A stretch of 64,000 bases of DNA from Tubiluchus corallicola (taxonomy: Eukaryota; Animalia; Priapulida), in NCBI GenBank assembly GCA_030141605.1, contig JAQGDQ010000222.1, forward strand, positions 62,001-126,000. Direction: 5' to 3'. The notes beneath the pieces are model-generated. The model was not told the origin of the DNA, made no database searches, and saw only the letters and a program-made list of their open reading frames with translations. Both the position numbers and the translations under genes were made by a program. Of this stretch, positions 1 to 13,719 are shown one piece after another (positions within the stretch are counted from its first letter, which is position 1; every line of letters begins with the position of its first letter).

Positions 1-3000
1 CAGTCTGCCACAAGTTCTCCGCAGAAAAACTCTCACAGATTTATAACCCACCAAACGCATTACCGCCATCAAACACAACCATGGCTTCACTTCACACGGC
101 ACATTTAGTGTTAGTGGTTTCATTAGAATAATCTTCCAGTAGAAACGTGTAAGTTAAATTGTACGTGAAAGCGTTTGATGCACTGCCACATGCACGTTTT
201 GTTGGCGTATTGATTTCAACTGATGTAGTATATAAATTAATAGTGCTTGATTATCGCTAATATTATGACTGTGATAATTGGATAATAACTCTTTCAGCGG
301 TGGTAAGTTGGACGATGTTATCATAATTAATTCAGAGGTTAAGCAATTGACTATGTTACACGTGCATAAATAGTTTTTTGGGCAAAAAACGAATCTAATT
401 TTGTGGCTCGCGCTTATTATTTTGTACTTTTTATGTACTCGGTATGTACTTTTTGCATAATTTATTTTGATGAGGCTCCAACCAAGGCCAATCAGAGTAA
501 TGGGTTACAGCAAAAATTTGAAGATAGGAATAGTTTTTTGAATACATGTGCAGAGAAATATAATAAAAATAACTGTAATTTGCTAGTGATGGAAGATATC
601 TGTATACGTTTTTCTTAAATTGAGTGAGGTTGTAGTTTTCAGGGAAGCAATTTTCTGAAAGAGAATTCCACAGGTATGAAACAAGAGGAAAAAACCTGGA
701 TTATAAGCAGCTGTTCTACACCTAGGAATGCCTATGAGAAGCAGCAGAAAAGCGAGTACTACGATCAAATTATCGGCGTTTTAGGAACCAGAGACGAAAG
801 GTTCCGAGTAACAACTGACCTTCGGTTTAAAAATAGCAAGTTGTGCTAAGTTATGCTATCGAAAAGTCTTAAGACGTATTTCATTTGTTTCACCAGAAAT
901 GTTTCGTAAGTTCTGTTGGAGTTTAACATCGGGGAAATTCGTGAAATTGGGTTACCTCATCTGGCTTCAATTATAATTAACTAGATCTTGGAAGGGATGG
1001 GCTTGACTACTTAAATGGTTTATCAGGAAGGACTAAAAGTACATAACTGTGCCACATGTATAACCCAATGCAGGCGGGTAAGGGTGAGTACACGCAGAAT
1101 TATGCTTTCCAGTAGGCTTCGTGGTTATTAGGTATGGAGGAGGGTATTAGAGTTATATCTAGTTCTGTCTGCCGCAGTGTTGTCTTGGATCTTTTTTCTG
1201 CGTTTTGCCATATTCCACGAGAAGCTATATATGGATTACAGTCATCGAATACGTAATGCTGATTTAAATCTCAAAATGGACCAAATGCTTTTTGTGCCCT
1301 TTGTCTTTAAATGACTAGTTATCAGCACCAACAAAAGAAATTGCATGACCTAAATACTTTTTCTTATTTTATAGGTTTCATTTTTTCAACGCGTATTATA
1401 TCAGGATTAATCTTGCTTTAGGCGTTTTTAAACACGATCCGCATACCCTTTAAATGACCATAATTCTTAATGATAAAATTAGAATGATAAGTAAAAAAAG
1501 TCAGACAATTAAGAAAGGAAAACACGATTTTTAATCCATCATCGCGGATTATCTTCAGGTGAACAAATAATAAGAGTACATACTCAAAAGATCACAAAAA
1601 CTGTGGCTAGTAAAAGCGTATTTGTTGCAGTGCTGTCTTTTTAGTGATATTCTGCCTCTTATTCTTGTTAATTCTTGTGTTTAACGGTTATTTGTTTCGT
1701 GTGTTGCGCATTTTGTCCCTGGAAACAATGATGCGTATTACTATTTAAATCCAAGCAAGTAGTTTTTAGTGATTTTCTCAGTGTTTTCGTAATTCTTCAA
1801 TTTTTTCTGACGATAATTCACAGTCGTGAACGGAAACGTTGTGCTTTTTCTTGTTGTTTGTGTGTGTGTGTGTGTTTTTTGTTTAGCTTAATTGGATGTT
1901 ATCTTGACCAATACGATTTAGATAAATGACAGACATTATCAGCGCATATTAACTGATTCATAATCATTACACAATGATTGTGTGTATTTGTTGTGATTTG
2001 TTAAGCTGTACACTTAAGTCATTCTAAAAGGCAAAGAACGAGTTAGAGAAGGCACATCCTTATCTGACGTTCCTCGATATGTTTTAGTACGTTTAAATAT
2101 GTTATGGTTAACTACGTACATTTGCGAAGCGTGAAAAATTATTCTTTAACGCCAGCAGACATGCTACATGAGATGGAAGAACTCCGATTCAAATCATTGG
2201 TAAAGTTGCAAAAACGTGTTTCTCTGTGATTTTATTTCAGAATTTTAATTATGAGTTTTAATTAATAAGGCCTGCAGAAATTCACTCGACCGTGACACAC
2301 TTCAGTGAGTATGCCACACGTTCGTTTTGTGGATTGACTTGTACTGAACGACTGCAGTTTGAGACGTGGCATCTTTATTAAAACGCGTTACTTAACAGTA
2401 GTCCTCTCGGGAGTCCATGATGACCGACCATGTCGTAATTCAGTTTACTGTCCAATAAAATGTCCTATGTCTGTCGACATTTCTCTTAATGTGCCAGTTC
2501 AATCAGCGCGCATTACTGGCAATGTGACAATTATTATGACAAACACTTTGTGCTTTTTACTAACGTTACATCAGAGAAGGCCTCCAGAGATTTCATGCAG
2601 GAATTGCGACGATGTTTAAACAGTTGCGTTGATAATGCCAGTCCAAAATTATTACACTAGTAATAGGCTTTTCAACTATGCGGTATATCACTTGAAATCA
2701 TGTTTAAACACAAAATGTGTATGTTATATTTGAAAAAGTAAGCATATTTAAACCTGAAAGGCCCACACAATGGACCAAGTAGCATACAATGCATGCATTT
2801 GCTCTTTAACTTGAGTTTGAGTTCAATAGCAAGAGCAATGCCATTTCCAAAAAACTATATATATACGAAAAATTGCCTAGCACAGTCTTGGACGTGATTA
2901 TTCAGCTTATTGCTTTACCTTTTTAGGACATTTCTTAACTTAATTTATAAATCGAACTACATATACTTGCAAAATCAGGTTATTAAGATTTTTCTTTACT

Positions 3001-5241
3001 GCAAAAAGGATGTTTAGAAAAAAACCGTCATTTTATTTATAATTTCATTTTGCTAGCTAGACAACCAAAAACGTTTTGCTTAGCTCTGTCTGTTTAATTA
3101 CACACAAAAATTAAATTATAAAAGGTGCAGATACCTCTCTTAGTTGATTGCAAAATTAATAAATGACAACAGCAACCCTGTAAACAGAATTTGCGATAAC
3201 CATAACAATATACCATGGCGACATCTACTGACGAAAAAGAAGCACAACAATAATACAATCAAACATCGCCTGGCCTAAGAAAATTCTGCTCCTTTTTGCA
3301 TCTACATATAATAATTACAGTGAAAATTCTGCATGCATAAAAAGCTAGCTGTCATTACAGTACGTTTAATATGTTACCGTAGTCTTATTAATCATTTATT
3401 ACTTTATTATAAAAATAATATTGTTAATGCTGGTGCAAACTCACAGTTAACTGATTGTAATATGAGCAATCTAACATTGGAAAAGCCGAAATAGTTATCC
3501 GCTATAGGGGATGAACATTAGACGCGGTAATGTATTTGGTCCTAGCCCTGCGTTGTAAGCAGGAGGTAAGGGTCCATATTCTCATCTGTTCCAACTTTTA
3601 AACGTTTCCTGTTTTCCAAGTTTGGTTTGAAATTTAATTAATTGTGGTGTGTATCATCATGTATATCGTAGTCTGTCACTTAATTACTGTCCAATATCGG
3701 GTCTCTATAAATTGTTAATCAGCTGTACATGCAAGCATGATCTAATCACTCTGTTATGATAGCCCACAGACATCCGTATTAGTGATGAAGTAAATGTTCA
3801 CATACGTCTCTATATAGCCGTCAGCAAGCGAATCCTTTAATCAAAAGAAGATTTCCCACAAGTGCAATGCATTTACGTGAAGTTTATGATGATTGGTAGA
3901 GGAATTATAACGAAAATTATTAATTTACAAACAACACGTTTATGGCACCCAGACGGTATGAAGGAAGTTCAAGACTTCGAGTGAGCTTTTACAGCCATCG
4001 TTAGTGTCGTATTCGTCATTGGTCATGCTAAAACTACAGCAATGAAACTGTTTTATTCTTTAGCGGGACTATATAATAACTATAGGCTGCTGCATTATGT
4101 TAATTAACATTGTTATTGAAACAGTTTTGCCTTTAGCAGGATTACATAATAACTATAACTGTATTATGTTAACTAAAACCACATCAGTAAAACAGTTTTA
4201 GTCTTTAGTAGGAACTATATCTACGTTATGGATTATACTGCTCGCAAGACCATGTGTTTCATATGCTAGTCATAATTGCTATATTATATATTATATTATT
4301 TATTTAGGCACACATACAATAAAGTACAATAAAGGAAAAGTAAAAATGCACATAAAGAAATAAAAAAGCGTATGAACAATATTAAACCTGCTAGTGTATG
4401 TAAGCTAAAAACAGCAAGATGTGCTTGTTTCTGCCGGCAATTTTGTATTTTCTACATTTTTGTCTGCATTTCTCTTCTTAAGATTTGAGATGTGAATTTG
4501 TGAAAACAGCAAGAATCAAAGTAGAAAGTTTCAAAATGCCACAATTGACAACGTTGCATAATCTCACTTTAAAACTTTCGTAGAAAGCGATGTAAATTAA
4601 AAACAATGTAAAGGCATTTCAGTTCATGATAGGCTTAACAAAACCGATTATAGTAAAATACAAATTACGATTTTTTTACTTTATTATGTAACGGTATTAG
4701 ATCTTGTAACGTACTGTTCCCAATCATCTCATACGCGATTTGGACGTGTTCGATAGATCTCAAAAACTTAATTTTGACAAATGAGAAAGGCATTGTTCCC
4801 TTTATAGTATACCTTAAGCTTTGGCTTATTATAATTTCATGGCAAATATCCTTCTGGGATTTCTTTGGTTGCTATTGCATAATTCAACGTGACATTGGCT
4901 TCAGTACTATGTGTGTAGTCATGTGCTGTATGGTAATAATTGTATTCAAAGTAATTTTTAACTGCGGGCAGTAGTTCCTAAAATCACTAGAATTTAATTC
5001 CAAGAAACAAGGTGTCGATCTATTGCGTTAAATTTTCTGCAAATCCTTGACTACTTGTTTAGCATTTTTTCGAATTTCCATTAAAGCATTTGTAGTGTAT
5101 TAAGTGTGTAAATGTTTCAGACCCCTTATATTTGTGGTGGGTGGATCTGCAGATGTTTTATATCATAACTGCTTATTGTTAACTGTAAACTGCAGTTTGT
5201 AGTACGATGCGGAGCGGCGACTAGACAGCGAAGATGACCTC

Positions 5242-5257
5242 GATGATGATGATGTTA

Positions 5258-5289
<32 letters not shown>

Positions 5290-5352
5290 AATGACGACGA
5301 CGACGACGATGATGAAGATGATAATGACGACAACGACGACGATGATGATGAT
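5242..5352. repeat. (GAT/GAC)n microsatellite
   Basis: Directly visible trinucleotide tract. Confidence 0.95.
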
Positions 5353-8072
5353 GAGATTCATTCCAATGACGGCTTAATTCTCATTTAACCAAGTAATAAG
5401 CTGAGAAATTCAAGTAAATCCTTCTGGTGCAAGAAAAGACAGCGATGAGCGGAAAGCAGCATGTACTAGCAGATGCTAATTTGGAGGCCTAAATGAAACG
5501 TGGCTCAAATCGCTTGTGTGGCATATTTGGAAAAATCTGCAACGGGAAACTGCTGATTAAGTTGAAAAATTTCAAAGATTAACTCCAGTCTAGACTGGAA
5601 TCTCATCTCTTTGTTTCAAATGATCACTGAAATATTGCGCCAGTGTTTGAAAATTGGCGTTTTGTCCCGGGTGACCTTTTCACTCGGTTAAGCTTGCAGC
5701 TACAGGGCGTTTTGAAGCTGTACGTAAATGTAAACAGATTCATTTTCAGCTTTAAACCGAGCAGCAAAACTGTTGGAGTGGAATGTAGCGTCTAATAATA
5801 GAACTAATTATATCTTTTCCTGTGCTACATTTTTGTGGTGTATGTGTCTATCGTCCCACTGTTTCTTACACCCTTCCACACAGCAGTTATTCTCTGCTGT
5901 TGTTCGGAAGCGTCTTTAGACATTAGTATGAGAGGCTTAGTGTTGCACAACAATACATGTATACGAAGACTTAAACACACCGATAGCGATGGGCCAATAG
6001 TTATTGAGGATGACTGGTCATGTCACCTGTAATATAGATCAATTTGTCTTTGGTTCCAAATTTCCGACATTGTCGTCGATGAAAATATGCCACAAAACAT
6101 CTTTTCTACTTGGCTCACATTTTTGAAATCCACGCATTTTTCTTAAGAAGATTTTTCTAGAATCATTATTAATTCTTAGATGTTCATTTTTTGCTTTTGC
6201 CTGTATAGTGTCGTGACGGCAATGACCCTCTGTAGTAGTTACTTGGTGGAATTTTAAAATGATGAAGAGGGAAATTCGGAAATTTTAACTTGTCTTTTTT
6301 GCCTAAAGTGTATATTCATTGTTAAAATAATAAAATAACACTTTACTCGAATGCTGAGCAAGGACTGGGCTATTTCTGAAGTCCCGCGTTGTACATGCAA
6401 AAATAAAACAATAGCCGTTGGAACACACTGCTTTTCAAAAACGCCTGAAGTAAAACTTTGCAAGTTGTACTATTTTTCTACAATAGGGCAGTGCCTTTCT
6501 TATCTTAAAAAACTGCTGTGTTTATCAACGTTTGGAAGGCCCACCATTTAACTTTTGTTCGGTTTATCTGGCGAATTATTCATGTAAACATCTTTGTTAG
6601 TCTTTACGGAAAAACTGAAGTTTGAACTGATTCTGACAAAAACGCAATTCATGGAGATAAAACCGGCAGTTTCGGGTTCTCAGCGAAATTTTTCTGCATC
6701 TAGTAACAGAATTTCCAAATTTACAGATTCTTGAAAAAGAAAATTTACGCGTGCAACGTGGCTTTTGAGAAGCCAAAGCTGCAACTAATTCTCAGCGAAG
6801 TAGATCGCCAGTGTGATAATGGTTTTGTAAATGCTTCTCGCGCTTGCACTAAATTTGCTTGTAGGGGGTGGAAAACAAGTGCCAAGCGCAGTTGGGTAAG
6901 TATACATTTTCCAAGTTGCGACCTCGTTCTGAAGTCATGAGCAAAGGTTACAGAGTTCATCAAAATAAATTATATATTTCATATTATAGATGATATTAAT
7001 ATACTGACGTAGATTGAACACACAACAAACTTATTTGTACATCATATTTTATGCATAGCCAGTAAGCAGTAATAACTCAATATTATTGGGTTCAATATTT
7101 ATGCTTTTGTACACACTAGTTTTACGTAATGCAGTTATGATGTGGTTTAACTACTTGATAAATTGGATAGTCCAATAAACTAAAAATACCATAATTACTC
7201 TAGACAATTATTGGTTTTTCTTAGTTCTTGTGTTCTATAACATAAGCGTTGCATACGTAGTTTTTTGTATTAAACAATCATTTATTTTGTATGCAGCTGT
7301 TTTGACTGACAAAAAATCGCATATTTTGTTTTATACGTACGTATTAATAATTTTAAAGAAATCTGTTTTATTTTGCAAAAAAGTTATATGTCTGAAAGTT
7401 AAGTTACTTAAGTAGGTGAATGCCCTCCCACACATGCGGCATAATTTGGTGTAACAGTGATTATTTTGTTTAGTTCTCCGCCTAGAGTATATTCGTGTTC
7501 CATTTTTCGTACGTGGGTGGAATACTAATTGTTAAAGCAGTCAAAATAAATTTTGCAAATTTCGATATAACGTTTAGACTGTCTTTTGTATGGGCAATTT
7601 GTATCCACAGACCAACTTTCAGTTATAATTTATAATCTAACTTAGAATTAATAACTTATAAATCGCTTGAAAACAAATAAAAACTATAAATATATATTTA
7701 TTCAGTATATGATAAACTTTGCGCGAAACTAGTATAGCGACAAAGTGAATTTTTTACAAATGTATATAATTATGTATACATGCTAATGGTGCAGCTGATA
7801 CTTCATAAGCCTTCCAAGCAGTTTTGGAGATCTATTTATGTGATCCACGTTTTTTATAGGCTGATAAGCTTAGTCCAAAAGCAAAAGAAAAAAACATTTA
7901 GATATACTGACCATAAGTGTAAGCGATATATTAATTATGCTTACTTACAGTTATCCGTATTTCTTCCTTATAAACGAGTACATTAAAATTTTAATAAATA
8001 AATAAATAAATAGCAAATAAATAAAGAATAAATAAACAAAAAATAACCATTCATTTAGCTAAAGAAAACAGT

Positions 8073-8078
8073 TTTATT
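8073..8078 (-). terminator. Putative polyadenylation signal of ZP-N paralogue A
   Basis: AATAAA on the minus strand about 80 nt after the stop codon at 8156. Confidence 0.55.
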
Positions 8079-8155
8079 GCACGTTCCTATACATTTACAT
8101 GCAATAAAAATAGGCCAACATAAGGAAAGTAAGCTTGTTCATAGCTGAATTATTT

Positions 8156-11100
8156 TTATCTCTTATCAACCGAAGTTTTTGCCGTGCACGAAATAGGGAA
8201 GGCTCTATCCAGGGTGTGTACCAGTCCTTGAGGGTGTCCCATAACCATGATGGTATTAGTGTAGGTGTGCAAGTCATCCTAAAAAATGAGAAGTGAGGCA
8301 TGTAAACTACATAAACTATATAAGTAGTATATAAGGTTCCTGGCTTATTTCCACTGACTGCAATAAATTTCAAGATCCCGTAATTGTTATAATTTTCGCT
8401 TGTGAAAATACAGAGATTTGGATTCGAGTCTGGGCAACAGCACTTTTTCAAATTCTCTGGTTGATTGTGCTTACAAACAGTTGTAAATAATTTATCAATG
8501 CAAATTCCGCATGCCTCCCGGAGGGATGTAGCTTTTCTGGTAGTCATGTGATATAAGCAACGAAGTTAGTTATAATGATAATATAATTCAATTACGTCTG
8601 TAACTTTCTTTAATAATCTCAGTAACAGGGCAGGCAAGTCTTAGAAAGGCCCCTGAAAGTAATCTGCTACACAGGATAATTGTAATGCATGTAATAATAA
8701 CTGAAAAATTATTATAATAAGGAAAAACTGCTGGTTTGCTGGTTTGCTGGTTTGCCCCGCCATTCATTTTTAAGCTCTAGAAGGTTTTTATACTCTGCTT
8801 CACTGATTGTTCCTAAATCCGGCTGATTTTATAGCATTGTTTACAAGTAGTATGATTTTGTGATTTTAGAAAGATCAATTTTATAATTACTGTATTTGTA
8901 ATTGTAATTATAAGTTATAACTTTTTAATTGTAAAGCGCATGGAGATATGTAACTTGATGTGATGCGCTATACAAAATTTAAGAATAAATCATTATTGTC
9001 ATTACTAAAAATTCTAACGACGTCCACTTGTCTAACTTTTGTTATTTACTACTGATTGCAGTTACAATTTTGCTTTTTTGTCGGCCTGTGCTTCTCATTA
9101 GAATGTATTGAATTTTAGCTATCTATTTTTCACATTACCTGCGCTTTGTAGGCTTCATTGTAAAGAATACTGGCTTTTCTTCGCTTTATAAACCCACTCA
9201 CTATTATTATAGTAATTTAGCAAATTAACTCAATAATGTGTATTTTAAAGAAACTGTGTCAAATTCGTTAATCTAACGTCGTTAATAAAATTTCACACAG
9301 TTACTCATTATTTCACGGTTACTGTTAACTACAAAATCTCGTCTAATGGCAAATTTATTGGCATTTAATTTGCTGATTAAATTGCTCACTTGCAGCGTTT
9401 TCACATGAGTAACTATCGAGTAGCGACGGATAGATCATTTGTCATTAACATGTAAGTGTATTATATAGGCTATAATATTATAACCAAAGGGCTAATTATT
9501 ATGACCTTGTGGTCTGATTAATATGTAGAGCTTACCTAAATAGCAAACTTAAGTATATTGTTATTGCATTGTAGTTTTTATAGTAAATTTTATAGTTTTA
9601 ATGTAAGCTTATATGAAGAAAAATTAATTCGGTTGTATTTTGTATTTAAGTTTTTTTTAAAATAGCGCTTGATTATTTTCTTAATCGCTGCAAGTTTTAA
9701 AGGCATATTTCAACTTAATGCACAATTTTGCTACCCGCTTCGCAACTTCAGTATAAGTTTAAAAGTGGCAAATTTAAGAAAAAAATAATTCACATAAGTA
9801 GTCAAGTTCCTCTCAGTGTAGACAGTTGAGTGTTTATACCTAAAATTCAAATTATTTTTATATAAATTTAATTATGATTCATGAATTTTAATTATTATCA
9901 AAATCGACGACGTTCTAAATCAAGTTCTAATTGTAATTGTCAAAAACCATCATCTATGAATTCAGTGGCAGTTTAAGTGTCACATTTTTAAAGCTACATT
10001 TTACACCACAGTATTCAGTATAATTATGTTTAGATATGACAGTTAAGTTTAAAAGCATCAAGTGATTTGTTGCAGCAGTAATATTATATTCTTACTTTCC
10101 CAAAAGTACAGTTACTTAGCATATTTAGTAAAAGTTTAAATATGTCGAGTTTGAAAACATGCCTAAAAGATCTCGATAAAATCGCGATGAAGTAACCTAA
10201 TTTCGTCCTCTCCAAATAATAAAGTTGTAGCATCAGAACTTCAGTGTAAGTTTAAAAACAACTTAAAAGATGCCGCCCAATTACGACCACTACGCGTTAA
10301 TTCCGCAGACCTAGTTTTGCAACTGAACTCTGAAATATGCTTTTAACATTTCTGTATAATTTAAATAACACTATGTTTACAGAGCTACTACTTCTGTAAC
10401 AAAAACTGTGAAGTACTCTTCCAGCACTTAACCGCATTTTTAAATAATGGTAAGTGTAAAAGTGAACTACATATTATATTCAATAATTCAGCAATACCTA
10501 TTTCTTAAGTAACAGTTGCTTCTGAAAACGAGCATCACCTATTGTTGATTTTTTAAATATTAATTGCATTTGGGCATATGTTTATGTCACTGTTAATTGC
10601 CCAGTACAAGTCATGTGGCATACAAGTTATTTGGCATTCCAAAGTGTAAAGAACTAAGCGCATTTAACTGTGACTTTCTATTAAGCTGCATATTAGTAGA
10701 GCTTTGCAGATATCCGCCAGAACAAGGATAATAGACCTACCTGGAATCAGCATTATTGGGTAACGAAATAATATTGGGTTCTATTCTCGCCCCTATAATT
10801 TTGAAATTAAGAAGAGGTTATTAGTCATTGATGAATACTTACGCCAACAGATCTCATCTGTGTGCCGCAACCATCTTTTGGAATTGCTAAGGTTAAGTAG
10901 TCTCGTCCTCCAGTGCCCTTCACAGAACAACTAGCTTCATTAAAGTGGCCGCGTGTGTATATCTGACCATAGAAATCTCTAGGCACTTTTAGAGAGACGC
11001 TCACCAAATTATGGGGCCCATCGCACACCGTAGCAACTTCTTCAACACTTTGTACTTGCGAATCTCCACTTGAAGTAGTTTTGCTGCTACCTCCAGTGCC

Positions 11101-13719
11101 GTAGCTTACGTAACTGCTCTTCTCTAAGGCGTCAGCAATATTATTGTAAGTAGGACTGACTTGTGTCAAAGGTTTGTAGCCCGGATAGGTGCTGCCTTGC
11201 ATATTGGTAGTACTATGAGACGAACTGGTGGCTTGAGGACTAAGCCCAGGATTTACACCAATGCTTTGTGGCACAGAACTGGGATACCCTCCAGCACTAT
11301 GTGGTACAGAACCAGGATATCCGCCAGGACTTTGTGGCACAGAACTGGGATACCCTCCAGCACTATGTGGTACAGAACCAGGATATCCGCCAGGACTTTG
11401 TGGCACAGAACTGGGATACCCTCCAGCACTATGTGGATCAGAACCAGGATATCCGCCAGGACTTTGTGGCACTGAATTAGGGTACCCACCAACATTTTGC
11501 GGCACAGAACTGTGGTACACACCAGCACCTTGTGGCGCAGAACTAGAATGCCCTGCAGGAGTTTTCGGCACGAAACTAGAATATCCACCAGTGCTTTGTG
11601 GAGCCGAATAGCTGACAATGCTGCGAGGGCTCGAGCTACCAGTGATTTGGGTGCTAGGACTAAGATAGCTACTACTGCTAAATCCATAAGGTTGCCCTCC
11701 TGACACTCTCTGATTTTGTGACGGAAGACTTGTGGAGCCAAAATTTTGAGATGGATAACTATTGCTACTTGCTGGTGCTGGCTGTGGTGGAGTTTGGTGA
11801 GTTGTTGAAGGAGCACTTGCAGGTGGCACACTTGCAGGGTACTTTGCATACGTGTTTTGACTAGTGGGAATTGGGGCCTTGTGTGCCACTTGTGCATGCT
11901 GCGGTTCATAAGAGTGGCCAAGGTAATCACCTTGAATGTTTCCTGCTGGGGGATGTCCATACCCTGGGTAAGCCCCACTGCCGACACCAGTCCCATATCC
12001 ACCAGTTTGACCTTGATTGTGGCCTCCATAACCTGCGCCACCATACCCGCCAGCAACGTTAACACCAACTCCATGGCCTCCAAATTGGCCAGTGCCCGCA
12101 CTCCCATAACTTCCTGCATCACTGACTCCACGAGCTGCTCCTTGTTGATGGCCACCTTCACCATGTCCATATCCACCTCCACCGTAACCACCAACATCAT
12201 CGTAACCACTGCCATAATTGTACTCATAACCCATGGAAGCACCTCCGCCCCCGTACCCAGCTCCATAGGTACCCCCAATTCCCCCTCCTACACCATAGCC
12301 TCCATATGGTGGATGATGTGCTGGACCATGACCACCATAACCACCAAGTCCACCATGTCCGCCATAACCACCAGGTCCACCATGACCGCCATAGCCACCA
12401 TAATTACCATAACCTCCGTAACCTCCGCCGTAGCCGCCACCATAATCACCATAGCCACCGTAACCACCATAATAATCATCTACAAGGCGACCCTCTTGGG
12501 GAGCACTCGTATATGACTGACTTGCATCGTTACCATAATTATCATAAGTTCCTCCATGTTCAGTATAATCCCCTTGATTAGTGATTGGTGGTTCAGTATT
12601 AGTGTGGACCTCTTGTTTATAATCCCTGGCATACTCGGCAAGCCCTCCTACGTTATCCCTCCCATTGTAATAATGTTTGCTGTAGGGATTACTGTTTTTA
12701 TCCGCATCATTGTTAACGATAGGGGCCGACGAGTAACCGTAGTCCGTGCTACCAAAATCTTTTTTTGGACGTTCGTTGACCTTATTTTTATTTTGTTGTA
12801 AAAATTGTTTTCGCTTCTTTCTATTGCGTCTGTCACGCTGTTTTTGCGGCTGTCCTTGACTCGTCAGAAGCATTGGATTATTAATTGCTTCCCCAGGTGT
12901 TGTTTTTTTCACGGGATACGTTTTTACGTAAGATTCTCGTGGATCTCTGAATGGAGCATATTTATAGGAAGGGACGGCTTGGCTCTGCTTCTTCCCCATT
13001 TTTGAACGTTTCCAGTGGGGCGTTCTGAGTCCCTTGTATTTCTTTGGTAACTGTGAGTAACACATAGACAAACATGCTAACTGAAATAGTAAAATTTCGA
13101 ATAAATCAGTTGCACTAACTATAAATTCATGCAGAATTAGTGCGTAAATAAGGTAACGGATGACAAAACTGTTACAAAAAATATCAAAAATCGAAATTTT
13201 ACAAAACTGTACAGCAGATTGCCGCTTATTAAAATTGCCGTCGATTCAGTGCAACTGGTTATTGAAAATTGCTGTGTTGTTGACAAGCAGGGCATGTCAC
13301 CATTGTAGGCATTGGGACTATATTATATTATACTGTAATGCAATTGATGAATGATTAAAATCGTAATGATGTATCTTTGTTAGTATCATTAACCTAACTA
13401 TAGTCTGGAGCAACTGCCAGAGGTTTGTTCGCTTCAAGCCCTTTGGCTTAAAAGTTTTTGTGATGCCATCTATGGCTTTTAGCAAGAGGACTTCAGAAAG
13501 TTGCTCCAAGCCACAGTGACATTAATAGTGGTAACGTATATACAGTTACGCCACAGCTGAGGTTCTTAATAATACACGTAGTGCGTATGAGTTTGTTTGT
13601 AGAAGAAATACTATTGAAATAGTGACTCTTTTTAGACAGAAGTTATAGGCTGTAAAGATGATTGTTTATTGAAAGTGAAGAAAACTTACAATAATCAGCA
13701 GCATTAACAACTTAGTCAT
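8156..13719 (-). CDS. Secreted Gly/Tyr/Pro-rich protein with isolated C-terminal ZP-N (cuticlin-like) domain, paralogue A (796 aa, 3 coding exons)
   Basis: Exons 13719-13690 (MTKLLMLLII, GTAAGT donor), 13080-10843 (TTTCAG acceptor, in frame with ORF 10825..13071, GTAAGT donor) and 8278-8156 (TTTTAG acceptor, DDLHTYTNTIMVMGHPQGLVHTLDRAFPISCTAKTSVDKR*). Both introns are phase 0. The joined N-terminus MTKLLMLLIILACLSMCYS|QLP looks like a signal peptide. The 4-Cys pattern CDGP..F.GQIYTRGHFNEASC..CG..YTNTIMV..HP..DRAF..C resembles cuticlin ZP-N. Exon structure mirrors paralogue B. Probable 5'UTR exon ends at a donor near 14351. Confidence 0.88.
8930..8990 (+). mobile_element. L2-type LINE/SINE 3' tail remnant
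   Basis: TGTAAAGCGC...GATGCGCTATACAAAA, resembling the stem-loop 3' terminus of L2-clade LINEs and their partner SINEs, followed by AT-rich sequence. Confidence 0.45.
11264..11610 (-). repeat. Coding tandem repeat: 33-bp units in 66-bp dimers (GGYPSSVPQSP/GGYPGSVPHSA)
   Basis: Three near-identical 66-bp units start at 11264, 11330 and 11396. More degenerate 33-bp units continue to about 11610. Confidence 0.95.

Noticed and set aside
1-69. Minus-strand open frame MAVMRLVGYKSVRVFLRRTCGRL running off the window edge, resembling a mitochondrial transit peptide
   Set aside because: Only 23 codons, an out-of-frame ATG lies just upstream, and there is no recognisable homology. It needs the adjacent window.
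5203-5388. Possible poly-Asp coding exon (YDAERRLDSEDDLDDDD...) after a TTTGTAG acceptor
   Set aside because: Similar GAT/GAC tracts occur in clearly intronic or intergenic positions in this window, and no partner exons were found.
8095-8547. 150-aa ORF in the track
   Set aside because: It overlaps the real last exon of paralogue A in a different frame. The paralogue-conserved frame is 8278-8156.
11264-11470. Regularly spaced repeats resembling a CRISPR array
   Set aside because: Contiguous in-frame coding repeats with no unique spacers, in a eukaryotic context with no cas genes.
11161-13005. Multiple antisense and alternative-frame ORFs with repeats (e.g. LCGTELGYPP, His-rich)
   Set aside because: Shadows of the repetitive Gly-rich coding strand. 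The same applies to 19643-21497 and to 31305-32147 opposite Kir.
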